From Escherichia phage W70, in sequence record OP778610: a stretch of DNA of 64,000 nt, one strand, 5' to 3'. This document shows positions 1 through 9,807 of this stretch, one piece after another (positions within the stretch are counted from its first letter, which is position 1; each line of letters opens with the position of its first letter). The translations under genes and the position numbers were made by a program. The notes under the pieces were generated by a model. The model did no database searches. It was not told the origin of the DNA and saw only the letters and a list, made by a program, of their open reading frames with translations.

Positions 1-892
1 GGTTTCAGGGATAGGCAACATTGATCAAGTCATCACCGATGATATCCGTGCTGGTAAAGTGACTTCCGGTAACACTGTTATCACTCGCACTGTCGGGTCT
101 AATGACCCTGCTCTTGAAGTTCGTGGACCAGGTGAGATTCAGGGCGACCTTAATGTAACCGGAACTGTAACTGGTAACATCGACCTTAGCTCTCAGGACG
201 TTAACGTTGCTTCTATGACCTCAACGGGAACAATAAATGCCCTTTCCATTGAGTCTCGTACATCGGTAATTGGATTATCTGGTACATTCGGTGAAGATTA
301 TGAAGGTGCACCTACATACGGGATAACTTCTCTTTCCGGCGCAAACATCAACAAGAACCTTCGAGTTGGTGGAAACCTGACTGTTGTTGGTAACATCTCT
401 GGCAATATCGACTTGTCTGGAAAGGCGATCGAGCCTGCATCTTTGTCTACCACGACAGCTACGTTAACGACGGCGAACATAACAGACCTGACTGTAACTG
501 GTCAGTTTAATATCCCGACTGTACCGTTAAATGTTCAATCCCTTAGTTCTGAAAACGCTATTTCCGCAAGCAAGTTCAGCACCACACCAAAAGAAGTAAG
601 CACCACCTCTTCTTCTTATATCCCAGACGGCTCAACGAGCATATATAACGTAAACGTTATAAATGATGTTGAAGTGAAAGCGCCGATTGGCCTGTTGAGT
701 TCAGGAAAAGGTGAGTCAGTATTCCTCTTCTTTGAACAGGATGGTACTGGTGGACATGCGGTAACATTCGGATCGGAGTTTGTTGTGCACGGTACTGAAA
801 CCATCAACACAGATGCAAACACTGTATCGGTAGTTAACATGGTTTATCGTGGCAAAGGCCCATTGATTGACGTATTCATCACTCGTCGCTAA
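1..892 (+). CDS. tail fibre-like protein, 5' end outside window
   Basis: Frame open from window edge to stop at 890-892; Thr/Ser/Gly/Asn-rich, repeated GNIDLS segments; terminator follows. Confidence 0.55.
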   Translation, partial: VSGIGNIDQVITDDIRAGKVTSGNTVITRTVGSNDPALEVRGPGEIQGDLNVTGTVTGNIDLSSQDVNVASMTSTGTINALSIESRTSVIGLSGTFGEDYEGAPTYGITSLSGANINKNLRVGGNLTVVGNISGNIDLSGKAIEPASLSTTTATLTTANITDLTVTGQFNIPTVPLNVQSLSSENAISASKFSTTPKEVSTTSSSYIPDGSTSIYNVNVINDVEVKAPIGLLSSGKGESVFLFFEQDGTGGHAVTFGSEFVVHGTETINTDANTVSVVNMVYRGKGPLIDVFITRR

Positions 893-893
893 T

Positions 894-920
894 AGAGGCC
901 CTTCGGGGCCTTTTCTTTTT
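894..920 (+). terminator. intrinsic terminator
   Basis: GC stem gaggccc-ttcg-gggcc followed by T-run, directly after stop. Confidence 0.7.
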
Positions 921-931
921 AGGAGGACAAC

Positions 932-2167
932 ATGATCCCTTTTCCAATTATTAATTTCGGTGGCGGTGTTCCACTACCTGTAGGCGTTACAATCAAGTAT
1001 GCAGTAAGTACCAGCACCGGAAATATTTTTATTCTGCTTACCAATGGGCATCTATATGTAACCGGATCTAATTATCTAAACGGGCTTGGTAAAACAGGGA
1101 CCACAAATAATGCAACTTCGGGATGGTCACTTACTAACACAGGTGTTGAAGAAGTTTATGAGGTAGGAACAGAAAGTACACTGTACGGCGGTGTGTGGGT
1201 TAAGAAAAATAATAACCACTATGAATATATCTCTGCCGTAGTCTTTCCCACTGTTGACACAACTCTCCAAAACAGTTGGAACGTCTTGCCTGAATCCGCA
1301 TACATCGTTGATGGTGTAAATATCTTATCTTCAGCAATACAAATAGCCAGATCATACGCGATCCAACCCGACGGCACTGTTTACAGACTGCTTCCAGAGG
1401 GGCCGCAAGTAGCTTGGCCTGAAAAAACAAAATACCTGTATTTTGCAAACTATAATGCCATTCGTGTCGAGGTGGATGGGACTTTAAAATACCGAGGCGA
1501 CAATGGTGTAGATCAAGTGGCAGGCACTTCTGCCGGAACAACATTATCAACTTGGACAACCATCGGGGATTCTTCTGTAAGGTATATTAGGGCAAAATGT
1601 GCTCGTGGTCAAGTGGCTAACACGAGTGGCGGTTCAGGTGCTCAATCTATTGTACTTGTTGTTGCACAGAGGGAAGATGGGTCATGGGATGCAGTTGGAT
1701 CGACAGCAAGAGCAGGGATAAACTCAACCAACGTCCTCGGTCCTAATTTAGCACCTATGACAAGCATACCTGCGGGGGTTGAAGTTTATGTCACTAACCA
1801 GGTCAGTTATACAAACGCAAGTGTGGGAACAAGGGGAGCATTGCAAGTGTTCATCTCCGATAGGGTTAATGGCATCTATCAATCAACGGGTGGACAAGGT
1901 GGATACACCTATTCTTTATTTAGGAATCTTTCTATAACCACTAATGCAACATCTTTCGATAATATATCTGAAGATATTATAAACGATGGTGGTATCCTTC
2001 ACATGACGGGTTCATTATCCGATACTTTCAAAGTGATTGTTAGTGGTAATGGTAATCTTTACTGGACAGGGAGAGGATATTCAGGGGCTATGTACCCTGC
2101 TGACTTTACGGCCTCTAATACGATAGCTCAGAAGTTTAACTTGGAAGGTATAGTTATTCCAGCATAA
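932..2167 (+). CDS. RCC1-like repeat protein, probable fibre or receptor-binding component
   Basis: AGGAGG RBS 6 nt upstream; repeats such as LYVTGSNYLNGLGKTG and LYWTGRGYSG. Confidence 0.55.
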   Translation: MIPFPIINFGGGVPLPVGVTIKYAVSTSTGNIFILLTNGHLYVTGSNYLNGLGKTGTTNNATSGWSLTNTGVEEVYEVGTESTLYGGVWVKKNNNHYEYISAVVFPTVDTTLQNSWNVLPESAYIVDGVNILSSAIQIARSYAIQPDGTVYRLLPEGPQVAWPEKTKYLYFANYNAIRVEVDGTLKYRGDNGVDQVAGTSAGTTLSTWTTIGDSSVRYIRAKCARGQVANTSGGSGAQSIVLVVAQREDGSWDAVGSTARAGINSTNVLGPNLAPMTSIPAGVEVYVTNQVSYTNASVGTRGALQVFISDRVNGIYQSTGGQGGYTYSLFRNLSITTNATSFDNISEDIINDGGILHMTGSLSDTFKVIVSGNGNLYWTGRGYSGAMYPADFTASNTIAQKFNLEGIVIPA

Positions 2168-2170
2168 AGA

Positions 2171-2201
2171 AAAGGCGCTCAAATGAGCGCCTTTATTTTT
2201 A
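2171..2201. terminator. bidirectional intrinsic terminator
   Basis: Hairpin aggcgctc-aaat-gagcgcct flanked by T-runs on both strands, between convergent genes. Confidence 0.7.
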
Positions 2202-2215
2202 TCTAAATTTTACGA

Positions 2216-3391
2216 TCAAAACGGAATATCGTCGTCAAAATCCATATCATCTACAGACATATTTACATGTCCTTCAATATCAGGGGTAGGTGAATCTTCT
2301 GCTGACGGAGTTAACTGCGGTTCCGGCTCAGGTTTCTTTTCCTCTTGCTTAGGAGTTGAAGCACCGTTACGGATCTTATCTTCCAATTGACAGATGAATC
2401 GGAAATTCTCTTCAGTCTTAGCAATAAAGGTTTCGATATTGTCACGACCCCAACGGGCAGAAAGAATGCCACACTGGCCTAAACGAGCACCGAAAGAGTA
2501 ATCATCCATAGATTTAAACTCTTCACGCAGTTTTGCTTTGATCGAATCCATCGCTGCAAGAACTTGTTCTACGATCACACCCTGATTTGCAATAGTTTCA
2601 TCAGGGAACATTGCATCGGTAATAGATAGTGCATTACCTAAACGAATAGGTAGATCATCTTTACCTTTACCTGAACGTGATCCTGTTCCAGTACTTGCAC
2701 CTTTTGGACCGTAAGCTTTAAAGCCTGTAACCGTACCATCATCTGAACGAACACCTGCAATACGACCACCTTCTGTAATCTGACCCGTCTGTTCATCAGT
2801 GAGGTTTACAGTAACTTCTGTGCCGTCTTCCAGCTTAACAACTACCTTATTGCCTTCGATAGATGTGATATCACCATAAATCTTCTTAGCTGCACCACCA
2901 GACGGCTTTTGCTGCTGTTGGGAACCACTTGATTGCTGCTGTTGCTGACGAGGCTCACGAGCACCGGATGCGTCAGTAATCTTGATACGTGCTTTCTTAC
3001 CTTCTGTAGAAGAACCTTGACTACCATCTTGTTTGGTATAGGTCTTGATAACAACAGGTAAACGAATTTTCATACCCTCTTTAAGATCGGTGTAACCACC
3101 TTCAGGATTTTTAATCTGGAACTGATTCTCATACTTCAGATTTTTAACTTCACCCTCACCAAAAGAAATCCATGCTTGATCTTCACCTTCTTTAAGAAGA
3201 ACCGCATAGCGGTGGGTATTGTTAATGCTTTTCTGCTGACCAGTATTCTTGTCTTTGAAGGTAGTCACTCGTGGGCTACCATCTTCATTAATACGTTTGA
3301 TCATGATACGTTCAATCGTACCTGCTGCAATGTTTACTGTGGTATCGGAAACAGCATCGTATACAGCATTGATAACTTTAACTTCAGACAT
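2216..3391 (-). CDS. single-stranded DNA-binding protein candidate with host-SSB-type C-terminal tip
   Basis: C-terminus DDMDFDDDIPF matches the bacterial SSB tail; Gln/Gly-rich linker (QQQQQSSGSQQQQ); sits in replication array. Confidence 0.55.
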   Translation of the reverse strand: MSEVKVINAVYDAVSDTTVNIAAGTIERIMIKRINEDGSPRVTTFKDKNTGQQKSINNTHRYAVLLKEGEDQAWISFGEGEVKNLKYENQFQIKNPEGGYTDLKEGMKIRLPVVIKTYTKQDGSQGSSTEGKKARIKITDASGAREPRQQQQQSSGSQQQQKPSGGAAKKIYGDITSIEGNKVVVKLEDGTEVTVNLTDEQTGQITEGGRIAGVRSDDGTVTGFKAYGPKGASTGTGSRSGKGKDDLPIRLGNALSITDAMFPDETIANQGVIVEQVLAAMDSIKAKLREEFKSMDDYSFGARLGQCGILSARWGRDNIETFIAKTEENFRFICQLEDKIRNGASTPKQEEKKPEPEPQLTPSAEDSPTPDIEGHVNMSVDDMDFDDDIPF

Positions 3392-3474
3392 TTAAATCTC
3401 CTTTAACTATTGAACACACCACTTAAGGCCGAGAAACTATATTACAACTAACTTATTTGAATTGCAAACAACTT

Positions 3475-3855
3475 TTAGAGATAAACTCGCTTAACTTTTT
3501 CATGAACATTATCAAACAAAGTGTTGATCATCTGCAAGTCTTTAATAAGTTCTTCCGTAAATTGTTCTTCTTTGTGAGCAAACACACGAGAACGGTCAAT
3601 GTTTACAGGATCTGAACTTTGGTCGCCTGACAGATCGAAAATGTCGATACCGATACGAGCACGGCCTTTTTCAATCTTGTTGTTTTCATCAATACCGAAG
3701 ACACTCATGATTTGCATTTCACGATCTTCTTCACTGTTTGTGTAAATGATCGTCGTATTCAAATTCTTAACACCATCGTAAATGTGAATGTTACGTGTCG
3801 CAGAGATAGGAATCCAATCAGCAACCAAATAATCTTTACCGTCGAAAATACTCAT
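3475..3855 (-). CDS. hypothetical protein
   Basis: 126-aa ORF in co-directional array; no motif recognised. Confidence 0.5.
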   Translation of the reverse strand: MSIFDGKDYLVADWIPISATRNIHIYDGVKNLNTTIIYTNSEEDREMQIMSVFGIDENNKIEKGRARIGIDIFDLSGDQSSDPVNIDRSRVFAHKEEQFTEELIKDLQMINTLFDNVHEKVKRVYL

Positions 3856-3909
3856 CTTCTTTCCTCTTTTGTTTAAGTGGGGCCATTATGCCCCACACTT
3901 AACTTTCTG

Positions 3910-4482
3910 TCAAGGACGTTTCGGTGGACTAACGACACCTTTTTTAGATAAAGGTAATTCGTCTGCATCTTTTCCACGGAGAGATTCTAACCACTCATCT
4001 AAAGATAGAGGTACTTTGCCAACACCCTTGGACCATACAGATAAGCAATACAGGTCGTATGCAGATGGGCCAGCATCACCCTTGTCACCATACGGCCCTT
4101 TTAAACTCGCCAACCAATCCTTTTCATTCAGTGGGATAGTGCCTGGATCTTCTTGTCGAAGAACTCTTAGGTATGTTTCATAAGCAGACTCTCCACGGGG
4201 ACCCATTGGACCAGGTAAACCTTGCGGTCCCTTTGCATAGTCTAAATATGCAGACTTTGAACCATCATTGACCACTGAAACTTTATACAATGACCAAGCC
4301 AACAGAACTATCCAACAAGCAAACAATGCAAGCGGGTAAGGGATCATTGAAGTAAAGAATGACAGGGCTAAAATTACAACCTTGTTCTTGTGATCACGAC
4401 GGAAAGCGATGATCACAGGGGCTAACCAGATAGCAAAGATAACCCACGCAGATAAGATAAACAACCAACTAATGTATTCCAT
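3910..4482 (-). CDS. membrane protein with collagen-like G-X-Y triplets
   Basis: Hydrophobic N-terminal half (at least two TM-like stretches); GPQGLPGPMGPRGES and GPYGDKGDAGPS triplets. Confidence 0.55.
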   Translation of the reverse strand: MEYISWLFILSAWVIFAIWLAPVIIAFRRDHKNKVVILALSFFTSMIPYPLALFACWIVLLAWSLYKVSVVNDGSKSAYLDYAKGPQGLPGPMGPRGESAYETYLRVLRQEDPGTIPLNEKDWLASLKGPYGDKGDAGPSAYDLYCLSVWSKGVGKVPLSLDEWLESLRGKDADELPLSKKGVVSPPKRP

Positions 4483-4670
4483 TAAGCCTCCTCAGTATCG
4501 TCTTTAAAGTAATCTAACATCCAACTCTCTACAGGTTTCGCATAGTAACCCGTTCGCCCTTTCTTTTGGAACTCCATAACAATTTCATTTGCAATACCTT
4601 TTGTGATTGCGATCCCGATCAGTGCACCACCAGGCCCCATTACTGCATGTGAACTAAGATCATTACTCAT
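4482..4670 (-). CDS. hypothetical protein
   Basis: 62-aa ORF, start overlaps upstream stop. Confidence 0.4.
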   Translation of the reverse strand: MSNDLSSHAVMGPGGALIGIAITKGIANEIVMEFQKKGRTGYYAKPVESWMLDYFKDDTEEA

Positions 4671-4962
4671 TTTTAACCCCCTTCATTTTATCTCTTAAAC
4701 TTTGAGCATCCCACGTATAACCTGAGGAGATACCTTTTTCACGTTCACTATCTTTGAACTTGCAAATTACAGATTTTGCTTCACCATCAACAACAACCGC
4801 ATAACTGTTGTAGTAATTGTGTTGCTTCTTGCAAAATTCGTGTAACTCCTTGACCTCTATTGGCATCAGAGAAGGTAGATTTTTGTATCGCTTTGTCTGA
4901 TCATCTTCACCCTCTCCGCAACCAACAAGAAGAAGTATACATAAAATGATTAACCTTTTCAA
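4663..4962 (-). CDS. putative lipoprotein
   Basis: N-terminus KRLIILCILLLVGC resembles a lipobox signal; TTG start in track. Confidence 0.5.
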   Translation of the reverse strand: MKRLIILCILLLVGCGEGEDDQTKRYKNLPSLMPIEVKELHEFCKKQHNYYNSYAVVVDGEAKSVICKFKDSEREKGISSGYTWDAQSLRDKMKGVKNE

Positions 4963-5112
4963 TAGCTACCCCCAAAATATTTTGTAGTCTCTACTGCAAA
5001 TATTGTCCCAAGTATGAACCATGTCGCACTTAGCACGTTGAAAGGTAAAAACCTCGATCCTGCAAGAGAAACCATAATAAAAAACGTTACAAAAATCTCT
5101 GGAGGAATCATC
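4963..5112 (-). CDS. small hydrophobic peptide (48 aa)
   Basis: ATG overlaps upstream stop (ATGA); two hydrophobic stretches; below ORF-track cutoff. Confidence 0.3.
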
Positions 5113-5512
5113 ATTGTTTGATAGTCCCTTTGGCGATCATCTCGTCAAGTTCATCTTCCGCACGACACATGATTTGGTAGATAGTTTCTGGATTGTTTAA
5201 GAATTCTGTGTACTTCTTGATACGACAAACTAAACGTGCACGAACTTTACGCTCACGGGCCACATGATTAAAGTAATGTCCCTTTTGTCTGTAGACCCAA
5301 GCATAATATACAGTTTTTGCTCTCTGGCGATCAGAACCTAAACGTTCAGCTAATTCTGTGTACGGGTCATTGTTGGTTGGACCAAACAAAAATATTTCTG
5401 CAAAACTTTCCTTCATGATACGAGCTTCTTCATCCGTAACTCGCGGACATTCTTCAGAACCGTAACGTGGGGTTTTAGTGGCATTTGGCTTCTTAGGGTA
5501 TACTTTACGCAT
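5111..5512 (-). CDS. hypothetical basic protein
   Basis: 133-aa ORF, Arg/Lys-rich. Confidence 0.5.
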   Translation of the reverse strand: MRKVYPKKPNATKTPRYGSEECPRVTDEEARIMKESFAEIFLFGPTNNDPYTELAERLGSDRQRAKTVYYAWVYRQKGHYFNHVARERKVRARLVCRIKKYTEFLNNPETIYQIMCRAEDELDEMIAKGTIKQ

Positions 5513-5579
5513 TTCATCACTCCTCTAATTAAAACTCTTACTCCCGATGTGAGGAGCCTTTCGGCCCCTCCCTTAAATA

Positions 5580-6188
5580 TCAATCACAACTGCTTGAAGA
5601 ACTGCTACTGCTACTATCCGAAGAATAACTATCGTAAGATGATGAGCTATCATACGAACTTGATCGACTTGGAGAACAGTAAGAACTTGAACTACTTGTA
5701 CGATCTTCACTGGATGACATTACGGCAGCATACGTTGCCACACCACCTAAAGCTGCCACCTGAGGATCAACCTGGCTAGTCCCGTACCCGTTTGGGGAGT
5801 CGCTCATCTTACGTGGTGCTGCCCGACGTGCCTGATCAATATACTGTCGCTTTGCCTTCGGCGGTAATTTCTTACCTTGAGCATAGGACGGTAATTCAAC
5901 GCCCTTCAGTTGTTCATCCAAGGACTTAGGCGGTGTAGCCTGAGCTTTTGGGCGTTCAATTGAGATATCTACAACCTTCATTGTTTTATCTTTAAGGTTT
6001 ACCCCTACCAACGCTTCATTTTCCTTTAGTGGTTCTTCTAAAGATCGTGTTTCAACTGGACTGAATTTAACGCTTGCAGTTTCTTGACGTTGTTCAGCTT
6101 GCTTTGCGATATACTTATCGATCGCCGCAGTTTCTACTTCCAGAGGAATAAATAATGATTTTACCCAAGCAACAAACTTCTTGATCAT
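5580..6188 (-). CDS. hypothetical protein with Ser-rich C-terminal tail
   Basis: C-terminal 50 aa almost entirely Ser/Tyr/Asp. Confidence 0.5.
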   Translation of the reverse strand: MIKKFVAWVKSLFIPLEVETAAIDKYIAKQAEQRQETASVKFSPVETRSLEEPLKENEALVGVNLKDKTMKVVDISIERPKAQATPPKSLDEQLKGVELPSYAQGKKLPPKAKRQYIDQARRAAPRKMSDSPNGYGTSQVDPQVAALGGVATYAAVMSSSEDRTSSSSSYCSPSRSSSYDSSSSYDSYSSDSSSSSSSSSCD

Positions 6189-6409
6189 ACTCTTTCTCCT
6201 TTTTCATCAATAACGATTAATGGCTCAATAACTAAAAGGCGCTGCTTCATAAGACTTTTTATAGTCTCATCGATATCAGATAGAAGAATATCTTTTTGAC
6301 TTTCTATCCAATTACGTGCTGCCTTTTCTGAAACAAATGCAATACCTTCTTGACCAATATCCCATTCACAGAATACTTTATACACCATCATCTTCTCCCT
6401 TGTCAACAT
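6185..6409 (-). CDS. hypothetical protein
   Basis: 74-aa ORF. Confidence 0.4.
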   Translation of the reverse strand: MLTREKMMVYKVFCEWDIGQEGIAFVSEKAARNWIESQKDILLSDIDETIKSLMKQRLLVIEPLIVIDEKGERV

Positions 6410-6695
6410 TTTTCGGATTAAGTTTCTTTTCTGCGGCCTTCAAAATAATATCCAGCTTTTCAATTTCCTTATGTAAAGGCTCAGATAATAACTTCTCACC
6501 AAAAAGCCAGAATTTCTTCATGCCTTTCTTAACGCACTTTCCCATAAAGCCCGCGAGGTCTTCTAGTCGCCAAGCAATAAAACTAAATATTGCAGCTAAA
6601 AGGTGAATCAAGGCCAGTAGTAAACGATGCGGGTTTAGTACAGCAAGGCACAGGATCATAAAGATTATTTTAGTAAAACCCCAAATAATTTTCAT
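6378..6695 (-). CDS. hypothetical membrane protein
   Basis: Hydrophobic N-terminus; start uncertain. Confidence 0.35.
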   Translation of the reverse strand: MKIIWGFTKIIFMILCLAVLNPHRLLLALIHLLAAIFSFIAWRLEDLAGFMGKCVKKGMKKFWLFGEKLLSEPLHKEIEKLDIILKAAEKKLNPKNVDKGEDDGV

Positions 6696-7078
6696 TCGTA
6701 ATTGATCTCCACTTTAACAATTTTACCAGTTTTATCATTGAATACTTCAATGTCATAGTATTCAACAACGCCTTCATCATCAAAAGAACTTTTTTGTTTG
6801 CAAGGTGATACCCAAAAACCGTGGATTACTGCCTCCTCCAGTCCGTCGGTATGTGATACAACACTCAATGTTGGGTAAGGGACCATAATAGGTTTTACCT
6901 CACCACAACCACACGTACAGCAAAATACTTCATCTTCTTCCAGTTGGTACAGTCGCTTTTCTGGAACAAAGGTCAGATGCGCCAAAGGATATTTAGAGAC
7001 GATGGCATTAATATAAGGTTTTCCTGCCAAGCTGTCAATAAATTCATTAAACTCTTTTCTATTTTTTGATAAGCTCAT
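6692..7078 (-). CDS. hypothetical Cys-cluster protein
   Basis: CCTCGCGE cysteine cluster. Confidence 0.45.
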   Translation of the reverse strand: MSLSKNRKEFNEFIDSLAGKPYINAIVSKYPLAHLTFVPEKRLYQLEEDEVFCCTCGCGEVKPIMVPYPTLSVVSHTDGLEEAVIHGFWVSPCKQKSSFDDEGVVEYYDIEVFNDKTGKIVKVEINYE

Positions 7079-7311
7079 CGAGTACCTCCAAAAATATTTA
7101 AAGCTTTAGAATAATCAATGTGACCTGGAACAGTGTGGGCCTCTTGTACAAGGCATTGCCGACAAATACGTGACACAACTGTTGTCTTGATCTCTTCTGT
7201 ATCGTAGAAGCGAGACATTACCTTTGTAACTTGATTGCATTGAGTAATAACAAAATCGTGTTTACAACTTGGTTTGTTTTCTTCAGTTTCTTTCTTTTTA
7301 AAAGGCCACAT
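7075..7311 (-). CDS. hypothetical Cys-rich protein
   Basis: CKHDF...CNQ...CRQC pattern. Confidence 0.4.
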   Translation of the reverse strand: MWPFKKKETEENKPSCKHDFVITQCNQVTKVMSRFYDTEEIKTTVVSRICRQCLVQEAHTVPGHIDYSKALNIFGGTR

Positions 7312-7319
7312 GGTGACTC

Positions 7320-7502
7320 CTATTCTTCAACTATTTCGTATTCATCTTTCAAGAGCATAAATTGATAGCCCTTGCCCTTATTCGCAATAATAGTACCAGA
7401 CGCGCTCTCTTTTGTCACGAAAAGAATTGAATCTTTTTGGACACCGTAATACTTAAGTTGCTCAAGCAGTTTGGTCTTTGATTCTAAGATTTTGACTTTC
7501 AT
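7320..7502 (-). CDS. hypothetical protein
   Basis: 60-aa ORF. Confidence 0.35.
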   Translation of the reverse strand: MKVKILESKTKLLEQLKYYGVQKDSILFVTKESASGTIIANKGKGYQFMLLKDEYEIVEE

Positions 7503-7597
7503 TAGATATCAATTACTACGATTTCAAGCATTGAGTTTTCAACAGCTTCCTTATGTTTTGCTGAGTAAAATTTCATTTAATTATCCTCTCTGCCAGT

Positions 7598-7864
7598 TTA
7601 TAATTTTTCTTTGCCTAAAGTAAGACTAATTTCGAAAGTTTTTGTGATAACTTTATCGTCTTTGTCGAAGAAATCAAATTGGACATAACTCTCGGTCGAA
7701 CTGACAACCAGACCTACAGAGACAGTCCCTTCTGGTACGAGAGCCTTATATTCTTCTTTTAGCACAACGTCGTAAAAATACAACGCTCCACAATAAACTT
7801 CATCCCAACCATCAAAAGATTCGATGAAAGCTTTTTCAATACCAACTAAAGTATTTTCTGACAT
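7598..7864 (-). CDS. hypothetical protein
   Basis: 88-aa ORF. Confidence 0.4.
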   Translation of the reverse strand: MSENTLVGIEKAFIESFDGWDEVYCGALYFYDVVLKEEYKALVPEGTVSVGLVVSSTESYVQFDFFDKDDKVITKTFEISLTLGKEKL

Positions 7865-7887
7865 TATATTATCCTCTTCGTTTCAAG

Positions 7888-8154
7888 TTAGATATAGTCT
7901 ACACCAGCTTGTTCCAACAAGTCAAGCCTTAATTTAAGTTCTTTTTCACGATAGTCGGAAACAAGTTTATCCTTTTTCTTTTCTTCTTCGTCGAACTGTT
8001 CGAGTGGAAGAATACGAATAATGTGCTCTGCCTTCATGTAGGACGTTGATCCGATAAGCTGAACATTACCATTTGGTAACAATCGACCCTTGATCACCCG
8101 ATAACGAGGGAACAAGTCATATTTAACAATCGCGGTAACTGCTAGATTACTCAT
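7888..8154 (-). CDS. hypothetical protein
   Basis: 88-aa ORF. Confidence 0.4.
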   Translation of the reverse strand: MSNLAVTAIVKYDLFPRYRVIKGRLLPNGNVQLIGSTSYMKAEHIIRILPLEQFDEEEKKKDKLVSDYREKELKLRLDLLEQAGVDYI

Positions 8155-8524
8155 GTGTATTCTCCATATCGCGAATTCGATCTTCTACCCAACCACGACG
8201 ATAAATGTTGAGGTAAGATTTACCTTTTGAACCATGATGGGCATATTCGTCAAAATCAAAATCAAAAGGCGTCTCGGTGTTAAGACCCGCATCAAAGAAT
8301 TGATTCTTCATTTCGAATTGCACTTTCATGTCTGGATCATTTTTACCTAAAAATGAAGACAAATTAAAACAAAGGCCAGCACCTCGGTAAAAAGCCCCAT
8401 CTTTTGGTGCACCGATATCTAACCATTTTTTATATTCTCGGTAGAAATTCAGAAGTTGCGGACTGCTTTTCATTTTGTTCTCCTCATTTGTTTTGATAGG
8501 ACTACTATAACATAGTCCTATCAA
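8147..8524 (-). CDS. hypothetical protein, paralog of 17859-18155
   Basis: Shares WLD-GAP...GLC...FxDAGL...PFD pattern with 17859-18155. Confidence 0.5.
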   Translation of the reverse strand: MIGLCYSSPIKTNEENKMKSSPQLLNFYREYKKWLDIGAPKDGAFYRGAGLCFNLSSFLGKNDPDMKVQFEMKNQFFDAGLNTETPFDFDFDEYAHHGSKGKSYLNIYRRGWVEDRIRDMENTHE

Positions 8525-8606
8525 CTTGTATACTATTTAATTAAAGATTTTATGAATGCTTGGTAGGACCCTTCTTTAAATACTCATCTGGATAATAAAA
8601 ATCATC

Positions 8607-8984
8607 CTATACTCCAAATGTGGATTTGATTTCAGCAATAACCTCATGCACATTGTTTTCGTTTACTTCAAATGTGTAGGACGTTGGTTTAAGGAACGTC
8701 TGAGGTGAAACATTAACAAAGAATTCAAATTCATCATTAAAAATTTCAAAGTATTTTCCAGGTGTTGATTCTTGGCTTTTGAAAACAGTACCATCTTCCA
8801 TAGTAACAGAAGAAACAGATTTTTCACCAAGGGTGTATGTTTTTAGCTCGTCAACAACGAAACTGGGGCCGTGGCGACGGAGTATTTCAACCATAGTTCG
8901 GTTAGCTCCACAAATACCAGTACGATTAATAAATAACTCTTCACACCGAGGATTGAGAATATAAGTTTTTCCTACTTGCATCAT
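8607..8984 (-). CDS. small-protein family member 1 of 3 (tandem)
   Basis: Starts M-QVGKTY-LNP, HGP-F-V core; similar to the two adjacent genes. Confidence 0.55.
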   Translation of the reverse strand: MMQVGKTYILNPRCEELFINRTGICGANRTMVEILRRHGPSFVVDELKTYTLGEKSVSSVTMEDGTVFKSQESTPGKYFEIFNDEFEFFVNVSPQTFLKPTSYTFEVNENNVHEVIAEIKSTFGV

Positions 8985-8994
8985 TACAATCTCC

Positions 8995-9354
8995 TTATGC
9001 TAAGTTAAATGTGGATTTGATCAGGTCAATAACCTCTTGTGCGTTGCTCTCCGACACAGATACCTGAATAATTTTAAGGTCGCTGACCTCTTCAAAGTAT
9101 TCGAACTCAGATTCACGAAGTTCAAAGTACATTGCCCCACAGCCCACACTGAATGAATCACACCCTACAGCACCATCTTCTGTTGTGATGTTATTAACAT
9201 ACTCATCACCTTCGATCATGCTCATGTTGTTAACAATAAATCGTGGCCCGTGCTCATCCAGAAAAGAAACAATCTCGTGATTGTAACTTGGGTCAGCCTG
9301 AATAAATTCTTCTACGAGTTTTGGATTAAGTTTATAAGTTTTTCCGACTTCCAT
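8995..9354 (-). CDS. small-protein family member 2 of 3
   Basis: MEVGKTYKLNP...HGPRFIVNN...LIKSTFNLA. Confidence 0.55.
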   Translation of the reverse strand: MEVGKTYKLNPKLVEEFIQADPSYNHEIVSFLDEHGPRFIVNNMSMIEGDEYVNNITTEDGAVGCDSFSVGCGAMYFELRESEFEYFEEVSDLKIIQVSVSESNAQEVIDLIKSTFNLA

Positions 9355-9365
9355 CTTTGTTCTCC

Positions 9366-9740
9366 TTACGCCAGGTTAAAGGTAGCTTTAATCAAATCTA
9401 AAGTTTCTTGTGCATTACTACGAGAGACGGCAACCTGAATAATAACAGGGTCTTCATCTTCCCCGACTTCTTTGAAGAAGGGAAATTCACTCTCTGCAAG
9501 TTCAAAGTATACACACTTGTTACCTTCGCAGTCGTGAAAAACGTCACTACCTAAAGTACCATCTTCAAATATGACATTGTTAACATATGCAACATTATCA
9601 TAGAAGTGGGTGGTGTTGACAACAAATTTAGGACCGTGCTTATAAATAAGGTCAACCAATTCTTGATTGTAGCTAGGGTCCATATTGATAAAAGCTTTTT
9701 CTAAGTCTTTATTAAGAATGTAAGTTTTTCCGATTTCCAT
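9366..9740 (-). CDS. small-protein family member 3 of 3
   Basis: Internal start MEIGKTYILNK with GAGGAG RBS; ends LIKATFNLA. Confidence 0.55.
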   Translation of the reverse strand: MEIGKTYILNKDLEKAFINMDPSYNQELVDLIYKHGPKFVVNTTHFYDNVAYVNNVIFEDGTLGSDVFHDCEGNKCVYFELAESEFPFFKEVGEDEDPVIIQVAVSRSNAQETLDLIKATFNLA

Positions 9741-9807
9741 CTTTGCTCTCCTCTTCAGTTGATGGATACATCTTAGTTGATATAGACATGTCTTGTCAAT
9801 AACTTTT

